Of a DNA stretch of 64,000 nt, positions 39,478-47,994 are shown piece after piece. The notes below the pieces were generated by a model. The model searched no databases. It had not been told where the DNA came from and worked only from the letters and a program-made list of their open reading frames with translations. A program made the position numbers and the translations under genes. The stretch is from the NCBI GenBank assembly GCA_040218735.1, contig JAVJQW010000012.1, positions 288,001-352,000 on the forward strand, in the 5' to 3' direction. Position 1 is the first letter of the stretch. Each line of letters starts with the position of its first letter. The stretch comes from Deltaproteobacteria bacterium (GTDB lineage: Bacteria > Myxococcota > Kuafuiibacteriia > Kuafuiibacteriales > Kuafuiibacteriaceae).

Positions 39478-40464
39478 ATGGTCGCACGTCATCGACGCAC
39501 TCCAGCCCTCGCGCTCGCCTTGCTCGCCGCTTGCGGTGGCGCGCCTCCGGATCGCGAATGGGCAGGCTCGAACGAGAGCGGAAACGGCAGCCCCGACGAG
39601 AACGTCCTGGGCCAGATCGACGGCGTCGATGCTCCCGATTCATCTGCGGGTGTTCAGTGCACTGGGGCGACCTGTGAGGTCGAGGTCATCGCACAGGTCG
39701 GTGCTCTGAAGTCCGCGGTGCTGGCACAAGGCTGGATCTACTACACGGAGGGCTACGGCATCTCGCGCGTCGCCCTCGACGGCGGTTCGTCGACGCTCGT
39801 GCACTCGTTCGCTCACTCCGACCTAGTCGGAGGTGACCGGGGGCTGTTCTCGATCGCTGGCCTATCCGGGCACACGTACGTCGTTCAGATCGAAGCGAAC
39901 TCGGGAACCTGGGAAGCGACCGAGGCGACCGCCGAAACAGCTTTGGCGCGCACGGATGATGCCCTCTTCTCCTCCGGACCGGACGGACATATCTACCGGC
40001 TCCCCTTCGACGGAACGGCGGGCTTCCCGATCAACTGTTGTGGTGCTGACCAGATTGTCGCGTCGCGCTCGTGGGTTTGCTTCCGCGATACGACAACGGT
40101 TTGCGGATCTGCATTCGGTAATTCGGGCACATTCCGCGTGGACGATGCGAGGTGGCTCGTCGATCTCGACGACTCCCACCTCTACTACGTCGACGAAGCT
40201 GGGAATCTCCGCCGCATCTCGATGAGCGAGCGCGCCGTCCAGACGGTGCTGGAGGGCGGGCCAGGGCGCAACGAATCCTACGCGCAAGCTGATGGTTCGC
40301 GATTGTATTGGAACCACTTCGAGGGTGGTGTCCGACGGATCATCAGCCTTACGAAGGCCACCGGAGTCATCGAGCACTTCGCTACGCTCGAAAGCGGCAA
40401 GATCGTCGGCGGCAACGACGATTTCCTGCTCGTCGATGAACCGTTGCGTCGCATCAGGAAGTAG
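39478..40464 (+). CDS. Beta-propeller lipoprotein (DUF5050-like)
   Basis: LALALLAAC lipobox; repeated WIYY/HLYY/RLYW blades; many A/T-ending codons. Confidence 0.7.
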   Translation: MVARHRRTPALALALLAACGGAPPDREWAGSNESGNGSPDENVLGQIDGVDAPDSSAGVQCTGATCEVEVIAQVGALKSAVLAQGWIYYTEGYGISRVALDGGSSTLVHSFAHSDLVGGDRGLFSIAGLSGHTYVVQIEANSGTWEATEATAETALARTDDALFSSGPDGHIYRLPFDGTAGFPINCCGADQIVASRSWVCFRDTTTVCGSAFGNSGTFRVDDARWLVDLDDSHLYYVDEAGNLRRISMSERAVQTVLEGGPGRNESYAQADGSRLYWNHFEGGVRRIISLTKATGVIEHFATLESGKIVGGNDDFLLVDEPLRRIRK

Positions 40465-40482
40465 CGCGGCGGCGGGCACGAC

Positions 40483-42375
40483 TCACGGGCACACGTCCCA
40501 CTCGCCGGCCGCGGAGGGCACCGTCGGCGGGCCGCCCGCGGCCAGGGACTCGAGGAAGCAGCGGTACTGGTGTTTCGGGCCCTCGGTCTGGAAGACGACC
40601 TCGTGGCCATCCTCGATCCCGTCCTCCGCGTGCTGCGCGACCACGACGGTGCGGTCGCGGTTGTCCGAGGCCGGTAGCGGGATCGCCGACCGTCCGACGA
40701 GGCCGAGCAGCGGCACGAGCTCGTCGTCGAGCACCGGGCCCGCGACGTCGGCGCCGAGGGACAGCGACAGCGCGTTGGCGATCGGCGGCAGGATGTACGT
40801 GTCCTCGATGCCCTGGAACATCAGCACGTCGGCGACGATGTCCTCGGCGTAGACCGGCGGGTCCGCGACCTCGCCCGCCCACTGCACGAGCGACAGCACG
40901 GGGTCCGCGCGGTGCAGCGAGCGGCCGTCGTACTCGAGCAGCAGCTCGGCGAGCGGCTTCGTGGGGAGCGGGCGTTGTTTGTAGATGATGTTCTCGATCC
41001 ACGACCCACCCGCGCCGCTCAGGATCGCGGCTTCGAAGCCCGGCTCGACCGCGAGGGAGAGGGGCGCGGTCGTCGCGCCCATCGAGTGGCCGAAGAGCGC
41101 GACGTGGTCGTCGTCGAAGCGCGCGTTCGTCGCCGTACCTCCGCAGGTCGAGGTGATCGTCAGCGACGCCATCATGCGACGCACCAACACGATCTCCAGC
41201 GACGACTGTCGAAGGTTGTCGCGCAGCGCGACCATGTTCTCGAAGTTGAAGATCAACAGCTGCTCGTCCGAGCCGCGCGGGTTGCGGAACGGGCCGCCGT
41301 GAGGTCCGTCCACGCTGATCGCCGCGTAGCCGGCGCGGGCGAAGTTTCGCGCGGGGCCGCTCCCGGGCTCGATCGCCGCGCCGCCCTCCTCCGCGCGCAC
41401 ACCGCGATCGATCAACGGGCGATCGCCGCCGCCGCCGGTGCGCACGAACACGACCCCCGGGTAGCCGCCTTCGGGCATCGGCGCGCGCGGGAGCGTCACG
41501 AAGACCCGCGCGTCCACGCGGCGCTGCAGCGCGAGGGCGCCGCCTTCGTACGCCCAGCCGCCGTCGGAGCGATAGGGCGGCTCACCGGTCTGAAACACCG
41601 GCATCGAGGTTCGGCCCTCGAACACACAGAAGTCGTCGTAGGTCTCGACGGGTCGCAGGTCTTCGACGGTCGGTAGCCCGAGCGCGGCGGCGTCTTCGAC
41701 CGCCGACGCGAACTGCGCCGCCGGATCCCCGGTTCGGTACACCGCGAGCGCGGCGATCCGATCCTCACCGAGCGCCCCCTGCACCGCGTCCACCGCGCGC
41801 CGGTAGTCGGCCATCGCGTCGTCGTCGAGGCCGGCGGGCTGCGTGTCTTCGAGCAGCGCGACGGTGTCCGCGGCGACGCCCGAGAACGCGTCGCGCGTGA
41901 CCACCGCGACGTAGAGCGTCGAAGCGCGTAGCGGCACGCCCTGGAGCGGCACGATCGAGAGGAGGTTCGGCGCGCCGTGCGGTCCGCCGTCCTCACGAAA
42001 CTCGACGTACACTGGGACGCGCGCGGCGAGGTCGTCGACCGGCGCGAGGAACACCGACGCGCTCGGCTCCACGGACTCGAAGAGCGGCGGGAGCGCGGCG
42101 GGTGCGGCGGTCGTGGTGAAGAACACCCCCGACGTGCGCCCGAAGCCGCCGCTGTCGTTCGCGGCGACGCTGCGGATGACCTGCACGAGGTCGACGCGGA
42201 GGGGGTTGGGGAAGCCGGACAGGTCGATGTGCGTCCCGCGATCGCGGTGCGCGCTCGGGAACGGCGCGGCGTAGAAACCGTCGCCGTCGAAGTCGACCTC
42301 GACGCGCGGCCCCTCGATCTCGGAGGGGCCGCCGCACGCGACGAGCGCGAGCGCAAACGGGAGCGAGCGCTTCAC
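40483..42375 (-). CDS. Lipoprotein alpha/beta-hydrolase
   Basis: VKRSLPFALALVAC; PFPS...GFPNP N-terminal domain; RDNLRQ; FGHSMGA nucleophile elbow; DGHEV. Confidence 0.8.
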   Translation of the reverse strand: MKRSLPFALALVACGGPSEIEGPRVEVDFDGDGFYAAPFPSAHRDRGTHIDLSGFPNPLRVDLVQVIRSVAANDSGGFGRTSGVFFTTTAAPAALPPLFESVEPSASVFLAPVDDLAARVPVYVEFREDGGPHGAPNLLSIVPLQGVPLRASTLYVAVVTRDAFSGVAADTVALLEDTQPAGLDDDAMADYRRAVDAVQGALGEDRIAALAVYRTGDPAAQFASAVEDAAALGLPTVEDLRPVETYDDFCVFEGRTSMPVFQTGEPPYRSDGGWAYEGGALALQRRVDARVFVTLPRAPMPEGGYPGVVFVRTGGGGDRPLIDRGVRAEEGGAAIEPGSGPARNFARAGYAAISVDGPHGGPFRNPRGSDEQLLIFNFENMVALRDNLRQSSLEIVLVRRMMASLTITSTCGGTATNARFDDDHVALFGHSMGATTAPLSLAVEPGFEAAILSGAGGSWIENIIYKQRPLPTKPLAELLLEYDGRSLHRADPVLSLVQWAGEVADPPVYAEDIVADVLMFQGIEDTYILPPIANALSLSLGADVAGPVLDDELVPLLGLVGRSAIPLPASDNRDRTVVVAQHAEDGIEDGHEVVFQTEGPKHQYRCFLESLAAGGPPTVPSAAGEWDVCP

Positions 42376-44147
42376 TTCTGAATGTTGGGCGGGAAGGCGC
42401 AAGCTGTGACGCGGCTGCCGTCGGCGAGGGGCCCGGAGACCACGAACGTGTCGCTCGACGTGAAGTCCTCGACGAGGCCCAGCTGACCGTCGGTGCGCAC
42501 GATGAGGAGCCGGTCGTCCTGGGCCCAGCACCACTTGCCGTAGCTGTCGAATCCCAGGTCCCCGATCGAGGAGAGGACCGTGGAGGTGGTCGGGGTCTGC
42601 GCGCGGAGGTCGGTGAGGTAGAGGCGCGGCGGGTCGTCGGAGGTCGCGTGGATCATCCAGTCCTCGGAGGGCGACAGCTCGTACGGGGTGTCGAAGGAGA
42701 AGCGGCTGCCGGGCCCGAGGTCGACCGGGGCACCGAAGGGCGTCGTGCTGATGTCGACCAGCTTCACGCGGCGCTCGTTGCCGTCGTAGCGCGTGTAGAG
42801 GATGCGGTCCTCGCCGTGGATGAGCCGCTCGTGATCGACGGTGTCGCTCGCGGTCACCGGCGTGTTGATGCGTACGCCGTTCGCGCCGTTGATGTCGGTC
42901 AGGTACAGGTCGTAGCGCCCGTCGACGTCGTAGTCGGCGGCGAAGAGGATGTGCGTCCCGGCGGCGTTCCACTGGAAGCGATCGACGCCGTTGTGGCCCG
43001 CCGGGAAGTCCGTGGTGAGGCGCGTCGGCGTGAGCGGGAGCGTGGCGGAGGCGTCGAACACGTACAGCTCGTCCGTGCCGTCCGTGTCGATGTCGCCCAT
43101 GAACGCGACCATCGTGCCGGTCGGCGCGAACTTGATCGTGTCGATGCCGATGATGTCCGCGGTCGACGGGTAGTTGGCGTAGACCGGCTCCGGCGCGGAC
43201 GGCGTGTTGCCGGTGAACGTCACGCGGTACGGCTGGAAGACACGCAGCGCGCCGTCGTCCGCCGAGAAGACGATGTACTGCCCGTCCGCGGAGAACGACG
43301 CCGACGTGCCGGTGAAGCCGAGGTTCGCGCCGGAGTGCAGGCGCGTCCGCGGCGGCGGGTCCATGGTGAGGTCGCTGAACCAGAGGTCGCGATCGTTCGC
43401 CGACACGATGATGTCCTGGTAGGCGATGCCGTCGTCACCCCGCCAGAACGGGAACGACGACGTCCCCATCGAGAGGCGAATCGGCTGCGCCCCCACGGCG
43501 ACGGGCACCACGAACCGTCGGGTGCCGGCTTCGCCCTCCACCGCCTGCCCGAAGGTCATCATCGTCCCGCTCGGGCTGAGCGCGTAGCTGCGCGCCTGTC
43601 GGTCCATGCCCGGGTTCGAAAGCTTCGTGGTGATCGGGTTCCCCGGCTGCGGCGCCAAGAAGATCTCGTAGAGATCGAACGTCTCCTGCTGCGCGACGTA
43701 GATGATCTCGCCGTCACGCGTCCATTCGAAGCTGTCGACCCCGGCGAAGACGGGCTCACCCTTCCCGCCCGTGGTCGGCCCGCCCGCGAGCTGCGGCGTC
43801 ACGCGATACCGCGTCGTCGACGACTCCGTGAGGAACAGGTCCGCGAGCAGCGGCGCGTCGGCGCCGGCGGTGTACGCCACCACGATGTCCACGACCCGCG
43901 GCCCGCCGTCTCGGTCCGGACCGCCATCGCGCTCGGCCCCACCGTCGCGCGGTCCACCGTCGCGAGTGACGTCACCGCCGTCGCGCGGTCCGCCGTCGCG
44001 CGGCGTCTCTTCTTCACCCGCGTCGCGCTCGGTGCCCGCGTCGCGGACGCCGGCGTCGGAGCGCATGTCGTCGGGCTCTTCGGGGTTGGCGCAGGCGGCG
44101 AGCGCGAGCGCGCCGATGAAGGTCCAAGAGGGGATCGAGCGGTGCAC
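42372..44147 (-). CDS. TolB/PD40-like beta-propeller lipoprotein with RDGG linker repeats
   Basis: LALAAC lipobox; about 9 (R)DAG/RDGG repeats; FSADGQYIVF and LSPSG blades; GTGA overlap with the hydrolase gene. Confidence 0.8.
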   Translation of the reverse strand: MHRSIPSWTFIGALALAACANPEEPDDMRSDAGVRDAGTERDAGEEETPRDGGPRDGGDVTRDGGPRDGGAERDGGPDRDGGPRVVDIVVAYTAGADAPLLADLFLTESSTTRYRVTPQLAGGPTTGGKGEPVFAGVDSFEWTRDGEIIYVAQQETFDLYEIFLAPQPGNPITTKLSNPGMDRQARSYALSPSGTMMTFGQAVEGEAGTRRFVVPVAVGAQPIRLSMGTSSFPFWRGDDGIAYQDIIVSANDRDLWFSDLTMDPPPRTRLHSGANLGFTGTSASFSADGQYIVFSADDGALRVFQPYRVTFTGNTPSAPEPVYANYPSTADIIGIDTIKFAPTGTMVAFMGDIDTDGTDELYVFDASATLPLTPTRLTTDFPAGHNGVDRFQWNAAGTHILFAADYDVDGRYDLYLTDINGANGVRINTPVTASDTVDHERLIHGEDRILYTRYDGNERRVKLVDISTTPFGAPVDLGPGSRFSFDTPYELSPSEDWMIHATSDDPPRLYLTDLRAQTPTTSTVLSSIGDLGFDSYGKWCWAQDDRLLIVRTDGQLGLVEDFTSSDTFVVSGPLADGSRVTACAFPPNIQK

Positions 44148-44187
44148 GACTGACTTCGTCGCGCTGAACCGGCACCGACGTCAAGTC

Positions 44188-45999
44188 TCAGGCGTCGAAG
44201 CGGAGGTCGCGGTTCTTGCGGACGAAGCCCAGGTAGAACGCGACGCGGTGGTCGCTCACGTAGTCGACGGCGTCGATGCCGTGGCCGCTCACCCAGTTCT
44301 TCACCAGCCCGTTGAAGCGGTCGGCGCGACGTTTGGCGAGGTCGATGATGCCACCCGGCTTTTCGATCTTGCCGTCGCTGTTGATGTAGACCTCGGTGCC
44401 GCATCCCTCGTGCGTGCAGTTGGGGGGCACGCGCGCGACGACGTCGTTGTTGTTGATGTAGCGGAAGAAGTTGCAGCTGACGCTCTTCAGCAGTCGGCCG
44501 AGCGACCCCGCGAACGTCTCGTCACCGATCTTGGGCTGGCCGCAGGTGTAGACCTGCCGGACCGGGAGCCCTTCCTGCGCGGCCCAGCCCGCGAAGTGGG
44601 CGGCGAGCGCGCCTCCGAGGCTGTGACCGGCGGCGAGGATCGACGGCGGCTCCTTGCCCGCGGCCTTCGCCTGCTCGGCGTACTTTTCGACCACCGGCTG
44701 GAGCTTGGGGAGGAGCGCGTCGAACTGCTCGTAGAAGCCGCTGTGCGCGCGGCCGCCGTGGCGGAGGCAATCGACCAGCCCCATGCGGCTGTCGACGTTG
44801 ACGTCGGCGCGCGACTCGGTGCCGCGGAAGGAGACGAGCAGCGAGTTGGTCTGTTCGTCGTAGGCGACGAAGCCCTGCGCGTCGGTGTGTTTGTCTTCGA
44901 CGAACGTCGAGTCCTCGAAGCCCCACGCCTTGATGTACGTGCGGATCGTGGCGTCGTCTTCGTAGGCGAGCTTCGCGGCCTGCGTGAGGAACACGCCGGT
45001 CTCGGCGTCGTAGCCCTTCGCGGCCGGGTCGAACGTCGGGCGTTTGAAGGAGTACTGGCTCGCGGGGTCGCCGACGGCGATCGGTGCGACGAGGACGCGG
45101 GCCTGGTCGGTGGGGAGCAGGAGCGTCGCGCGGCCTTCGACCGTTTCGACGCGAACGTCCGGCTTGTCGACGCCGCGCTGGGTGAGGCGTTCGATGCAGC
45201 GTTCGCGGATCCCTTCCGGCGAGGTGTCGGCGAGCTCGTAGGAGACGCCGCGCATCCCGAGCGCGGACGCGGCGGGGATGGCGCAGATGTTCTTCGGCTG
45301 GCCGTCGCGCATCTCGCGGCGGGCGAAGGACCAGCCCTTGGGGACGTCGAGGCGCGAGGCGCGCTCGCCGAGGACCTTGCCGTCCATGAGGAGCGCGGCG
45401 TCCTCGGGCGGGACGTGCAGGTGCGTCGTCGACAAGCGGGCCCACCAGTTGCCGAACTCGGCGGTGCGCACGTCGGGGCGTTCGACGCCGACGCGTGCGA
45501 GGTGGTCGTGCAGGTCGTTCTTCATCGACCAGTCGACCATGCGCTCGATGGCGTTGTCCTGGCCGGGGATGAGCGGGCGCCAGGCGTCGCCTTCCATGAC
45601 GAAGCGCGGGGCGACCTGGCCGCGGCCGTTGTCGAGGTCTTGAATGAACTGCCAGTCGGCCTTCGGGTACAGGCGGCGCGCGAGGCTCTCGTACTTGGGC
45701 GAGAGGCCGACGTCGTCCCAGCGGACCGACTGCATGAGGTTGTCGACCTTCGACGCGAGCTGCGTTGCGGCGCCGACGAGCTTCGTGGGATCGGAGCGCC
45801 CCGCGGCGAGCGTCGCGGGCGGGACCTCGGAGAGCCACGTGTAGAGGTTCGGGTGCTCCTCTTGGAGCCACGCCATCTCGGCGCCCTCGTTGCGGTGCTC
45901 GGCGAACTCCTGCATGAGCGAGACGAGCTGCTCGTGCCGAACCGTGTCGGCGAGCTTGCCGGTGAAGATGCGGGCTGCGTTGCCTCGGATACCGCTCAT
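44188..45999 (-). CDS. Class 3 lipase with about 320-aa unknown N-terminal region
   Basis: FRGTES, AHSGFY, AGHSLGGALA, YTCGQPKIG, NNDVVARVP, DH; no signal peptide. Confidence 0.88.
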   Translation of the reverse strand: MSGIRGNAARIFTGKLADTVRHEQLVSLMQEFAEHRNEGAEMAWLQEEHPNLYTWLSEVPPATLAAGRSDPTKLVGAATQLASKVDNLMQSVRWDDVGLSPKYESLARRLYPKADWQFIQDLDNGRGQVAPRFVMEGDAWRPLIPGQDNAIERMVDWSMKNDLHDHLARVGVERPDVRTAEFGNWWARLSTTHLHVPPEDAALLMDGKVLGERASRLDVPKGWSFARREMRDGQPKNICAIPAASALGMRGVSYELADTSPEGIRERCIERLTQRGVDKPDVRVETVEGRATLLLPTDQARVLVAPIAVGDPASQYSFKRPTFDPAAKGYDAETGVFLTQAAKLAYEDDATIRTYIKAWGFEDSTFVEDKHTDAQGFVAYDEQTNSLLVSFRGTESRADVNVDSRMGLVDCLRHGGRAHSGFYEQFDALLPKLQPVVEKYAEQAKAAGKEPPSILAAGHSLGGALAAHFAGWAAQEGLPVRQVYTCGQPKIGDETFAGSLGRLLKSVSCNFFRYINNNDVVARVPPNCTHEGCGTEVYINSDGKIEKPGGIIDLAKRRADRFNGLVKNWVSGHGIDAVDYVSDHRVAFYLGFVRKNRDLRFDA

Positions 46000-46256
46000 C
46001 GCTGTGACTCCTTCGCGAACCGTTCGAGCGCGGCCATCAGCTGCGCGCTCGCTTCGGGGGAGGCCTTCTTCGTGGCGAGGAAGTGACCGAACGCGGCGAG
46101 CGTCTGGACGGCTTCCTTCTGGGCGCTGGCCGGGAGCGCCTGGAGCCGAGCCACCACGAACGCGGGCGCGCGCGAGAAACGCAGCGTCCCTTCGGCGTCC
46201 GGCGTCAGCGCGCTGACGACCGACTCGACCAGCGTTTGGGTGGCCTGCTGACTCAC
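45996..46256 (-). CDS. Small helical hypothetical protein coupled to the lipase
   Basis: 86 aa; ATGA overlap with the lipase start; AAGGAG RBS for the lipase lies in its 3' end. Confidence 0.7.
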   Translation of the reverse strand: MSQQATQTLVESVVSALTPDAEGTLRFSRAPAFVVARLQALPASAQKEAVQTLAAFGHFLATKKASPEASAQLMAALERFAKESQR

Positions 46257-46390
46257 ATGTAGGACAATATCAGACCGTGTAAGCTAGACCAAGGGTCTCT
46301 CCGGCTTTTTTGGGGGCGGTCGCGGGATCTTTGTCTCGCGTGTGGCGGGCGTCCCGCAGGTCGGGGTTCCCGGTGACAGGGGGTGGGCGT

Positions 46391-46406
46391 TGGTACGGGA
46401 GGTGCT
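46391..46406 (+). promoter_or_regulatory. Candidate sigma54 promoter
   Basis: TGGTACGGGAGGTGCT: GG 46392-46393, N10, GC 46404-46405. Confidence 0.55.
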
Positions 46407-46418
46407 CACGGGGTGGGG

Positions 46419-47987
46419 ATGCGATCAGGACGATCCTCGGCCCAGGACTTCGGGCCCAAGACGCTAAGAATTCTGCTGCTTTGCGGGCTGCCCTGCGTGG
46501 CGGCTCCGGCGGAGGCCATCGTGATCCGGCACGACGTGGCGGACACGCAGTACGTGGTGCCGGACGCCGCGTACCCGGAGGTGGTGGATCTCATCAGCCG
46601 GGGGGACTGCGCGGGGACGTTGGTGCACCCGTCGTTTTTGCTGACGGTCGCGCACTGCGCGGCGGACCTTTCGGTCGGGGCGACGCTGACGGTGGCGGGC
46701 GCCGGGCACACGGTCGCGGAGATCTTCCTGCACCCGAGCTGGCGGGATCAGGACGCGTACGACATCGCGCTCGTGCGGTTTGCGACGCCGGTGACGGGGG
46801 TGGCGCCGGTGCCGGTCTACCGGGGCGCCGACGAGCGCGGTCAGACGATCACGATCGTGGGGCGCGGGGACACGGCGACGGGGCTCGTGGGCGAAGGCAA
46901 CGCGCGAAACGACGGGCAGCTGCGGCGCGCGACGAACGTGGTGACGGCGGTGAACGCGCACTTCCTCGAGGTGGCGTTCGAGCGCGGGACGGAGTCGGGC
47001 GTGACGGCGCTGGAGGGTGTCGGTGCGGCGGGCGACAGCGGTGGGCCGTCGTTCCTCGAGGTCGGGGGCGTGCGCTACTTGGCGGGCCTCAACGCGTACG
47101 GCGAGGAGGCGGACGCCAACGAGGTCGCCGCGTACGGGTCGCGCGACTACCAGACGCGGGTGTCGCGGTACCTGGATTGGTTGGACGGGATCCTCCCGGC
47201 GGCGCCGGCGCCGACGCAGAAGTTGACGGTGGTGTTGTCGCCGGCGTCGGCGTTGGAGTCGGCGGGGACGCTCACCGGCGGGGGGCGGGTGCAGCTCGAT
47301 GCGCCGGCCGCTACGAACGTGACGGTGACGTTGGCGGCGGATCCGATCGGGCACCTGACGTTGTCGCCGGTGACGATCGCGGCGGGGGCGTCGAGCGCTT
47401 CGTTCGACGTGACGCCGATCGACGATCCCCCGGGCGCGGCGGATACGGATCGCACGGTGCGGATCACGGCGACGGCGGCGGGTTACGACGCGGGGTCCGC
47501 GAGCTTCACGGTGCGCGACGACGAGGTCTCGACGGGGGCGCTCACGGTGCGTTGGTCGCAGTCGACGGTGGTGGCCAGCGAGGGCGCGTTGCTCGTCGAC
47601 GTCCGCGCGCGGCTGTCGGCGCCGACGACGCGAACGATACCGTTCACGATTCAGGGCACGGCGACGTGGAACGAGGACTTCCGCATCGCGGGCGAGCGCG
47701 CGGAGCTGGTGTTCGCGGACTCGACGGAGGCCGTCGTGTCGATCGTGTTGATCGACGACGATGTAATCGAAGACGACGAGACGATCCTGCTGTCGTTGTC
47801 GGGCGAGGTCGAAGGGAGCCCGGTGTTCGTGCTGACGGTGGAGGACGACGACACGATGCTCGCGCCGCGCGAGCCACCGGTCGCGGAGCTGCCGGAGGGC
47901 GGCTGTACGTGTGTTGCGACGCCGGTGACGGGGGCGTCGTGGATCGTGGTGCTGGGGGTGCTCGCGGCGCTGCGCCGTCGAAGGTGA
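46419..47987 (+). CDS. Trypsin-like serine protease with Calx-beta-like domains and MYXO-CTERM-like sorting signal
   Basis: CAGTL, TVAHC, YDIAL, GDSGGP; IDDDVIEDDETI; C-terminus GGCTC...WIVVLGVLAALRRRR. Confidence 0.88.
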   Translation: MRSGRSSAQDFGPKTLRILLLCGLPCVAAPAEAIVIRHDVADTQYVVPDAAYPEVVDLISRGDCAGTLVHPSFLLTVAHCAADLSVGATLTVAGAGHTVAEIFLHPSWRDQDAYDIALVRFATPVTGVAPVPVYRGADERGQTITIVGRGDTATGLVGEGNARNDGQLRRATNVVTAVNAHFLEVAFERGTESGVTALEGVGAAGDSGGPSFLEVGGVRYLAGLNAYGEEADANEVAAYGSRDYQTRVSRYLDWLDGILPAAPAPTQKLTVVLSPASALESAGTLTGGGRVQLDAPAATNVTVTLAADPIGHLTLSPVTIAAGASSASFDVTPIDDPPGAADTDRTVRITATAAGYDAGSASFTVRDDEVSTGALTVRWSQSTVVASEGALLVDVRARLSAPTTRTIPFTIQGTATWNEDFRIAGERAELVFADSTEAVVSIVLIDDDVIEDDETILLSLSGEVEGSPVFVLTVEDDDTMLAPREPPVAELPEGGCTCVATPVTGASWIVVLGVLAALRRRR

Positions 47988-47994
47988 CGGGGGT

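Noticed and set aside
43900-44065. Repeated CCGTCGCG units resembling a short-repeat array
   Set aside because: Coding RDGG linker repeats; no constant-length unique spacers and no cas genes, so not CRISPR.
46291-46311. T-run after a short GC stretch as an intrinsic terminator
   Set aside because: Lies between divergent genes and has no convincing stem.
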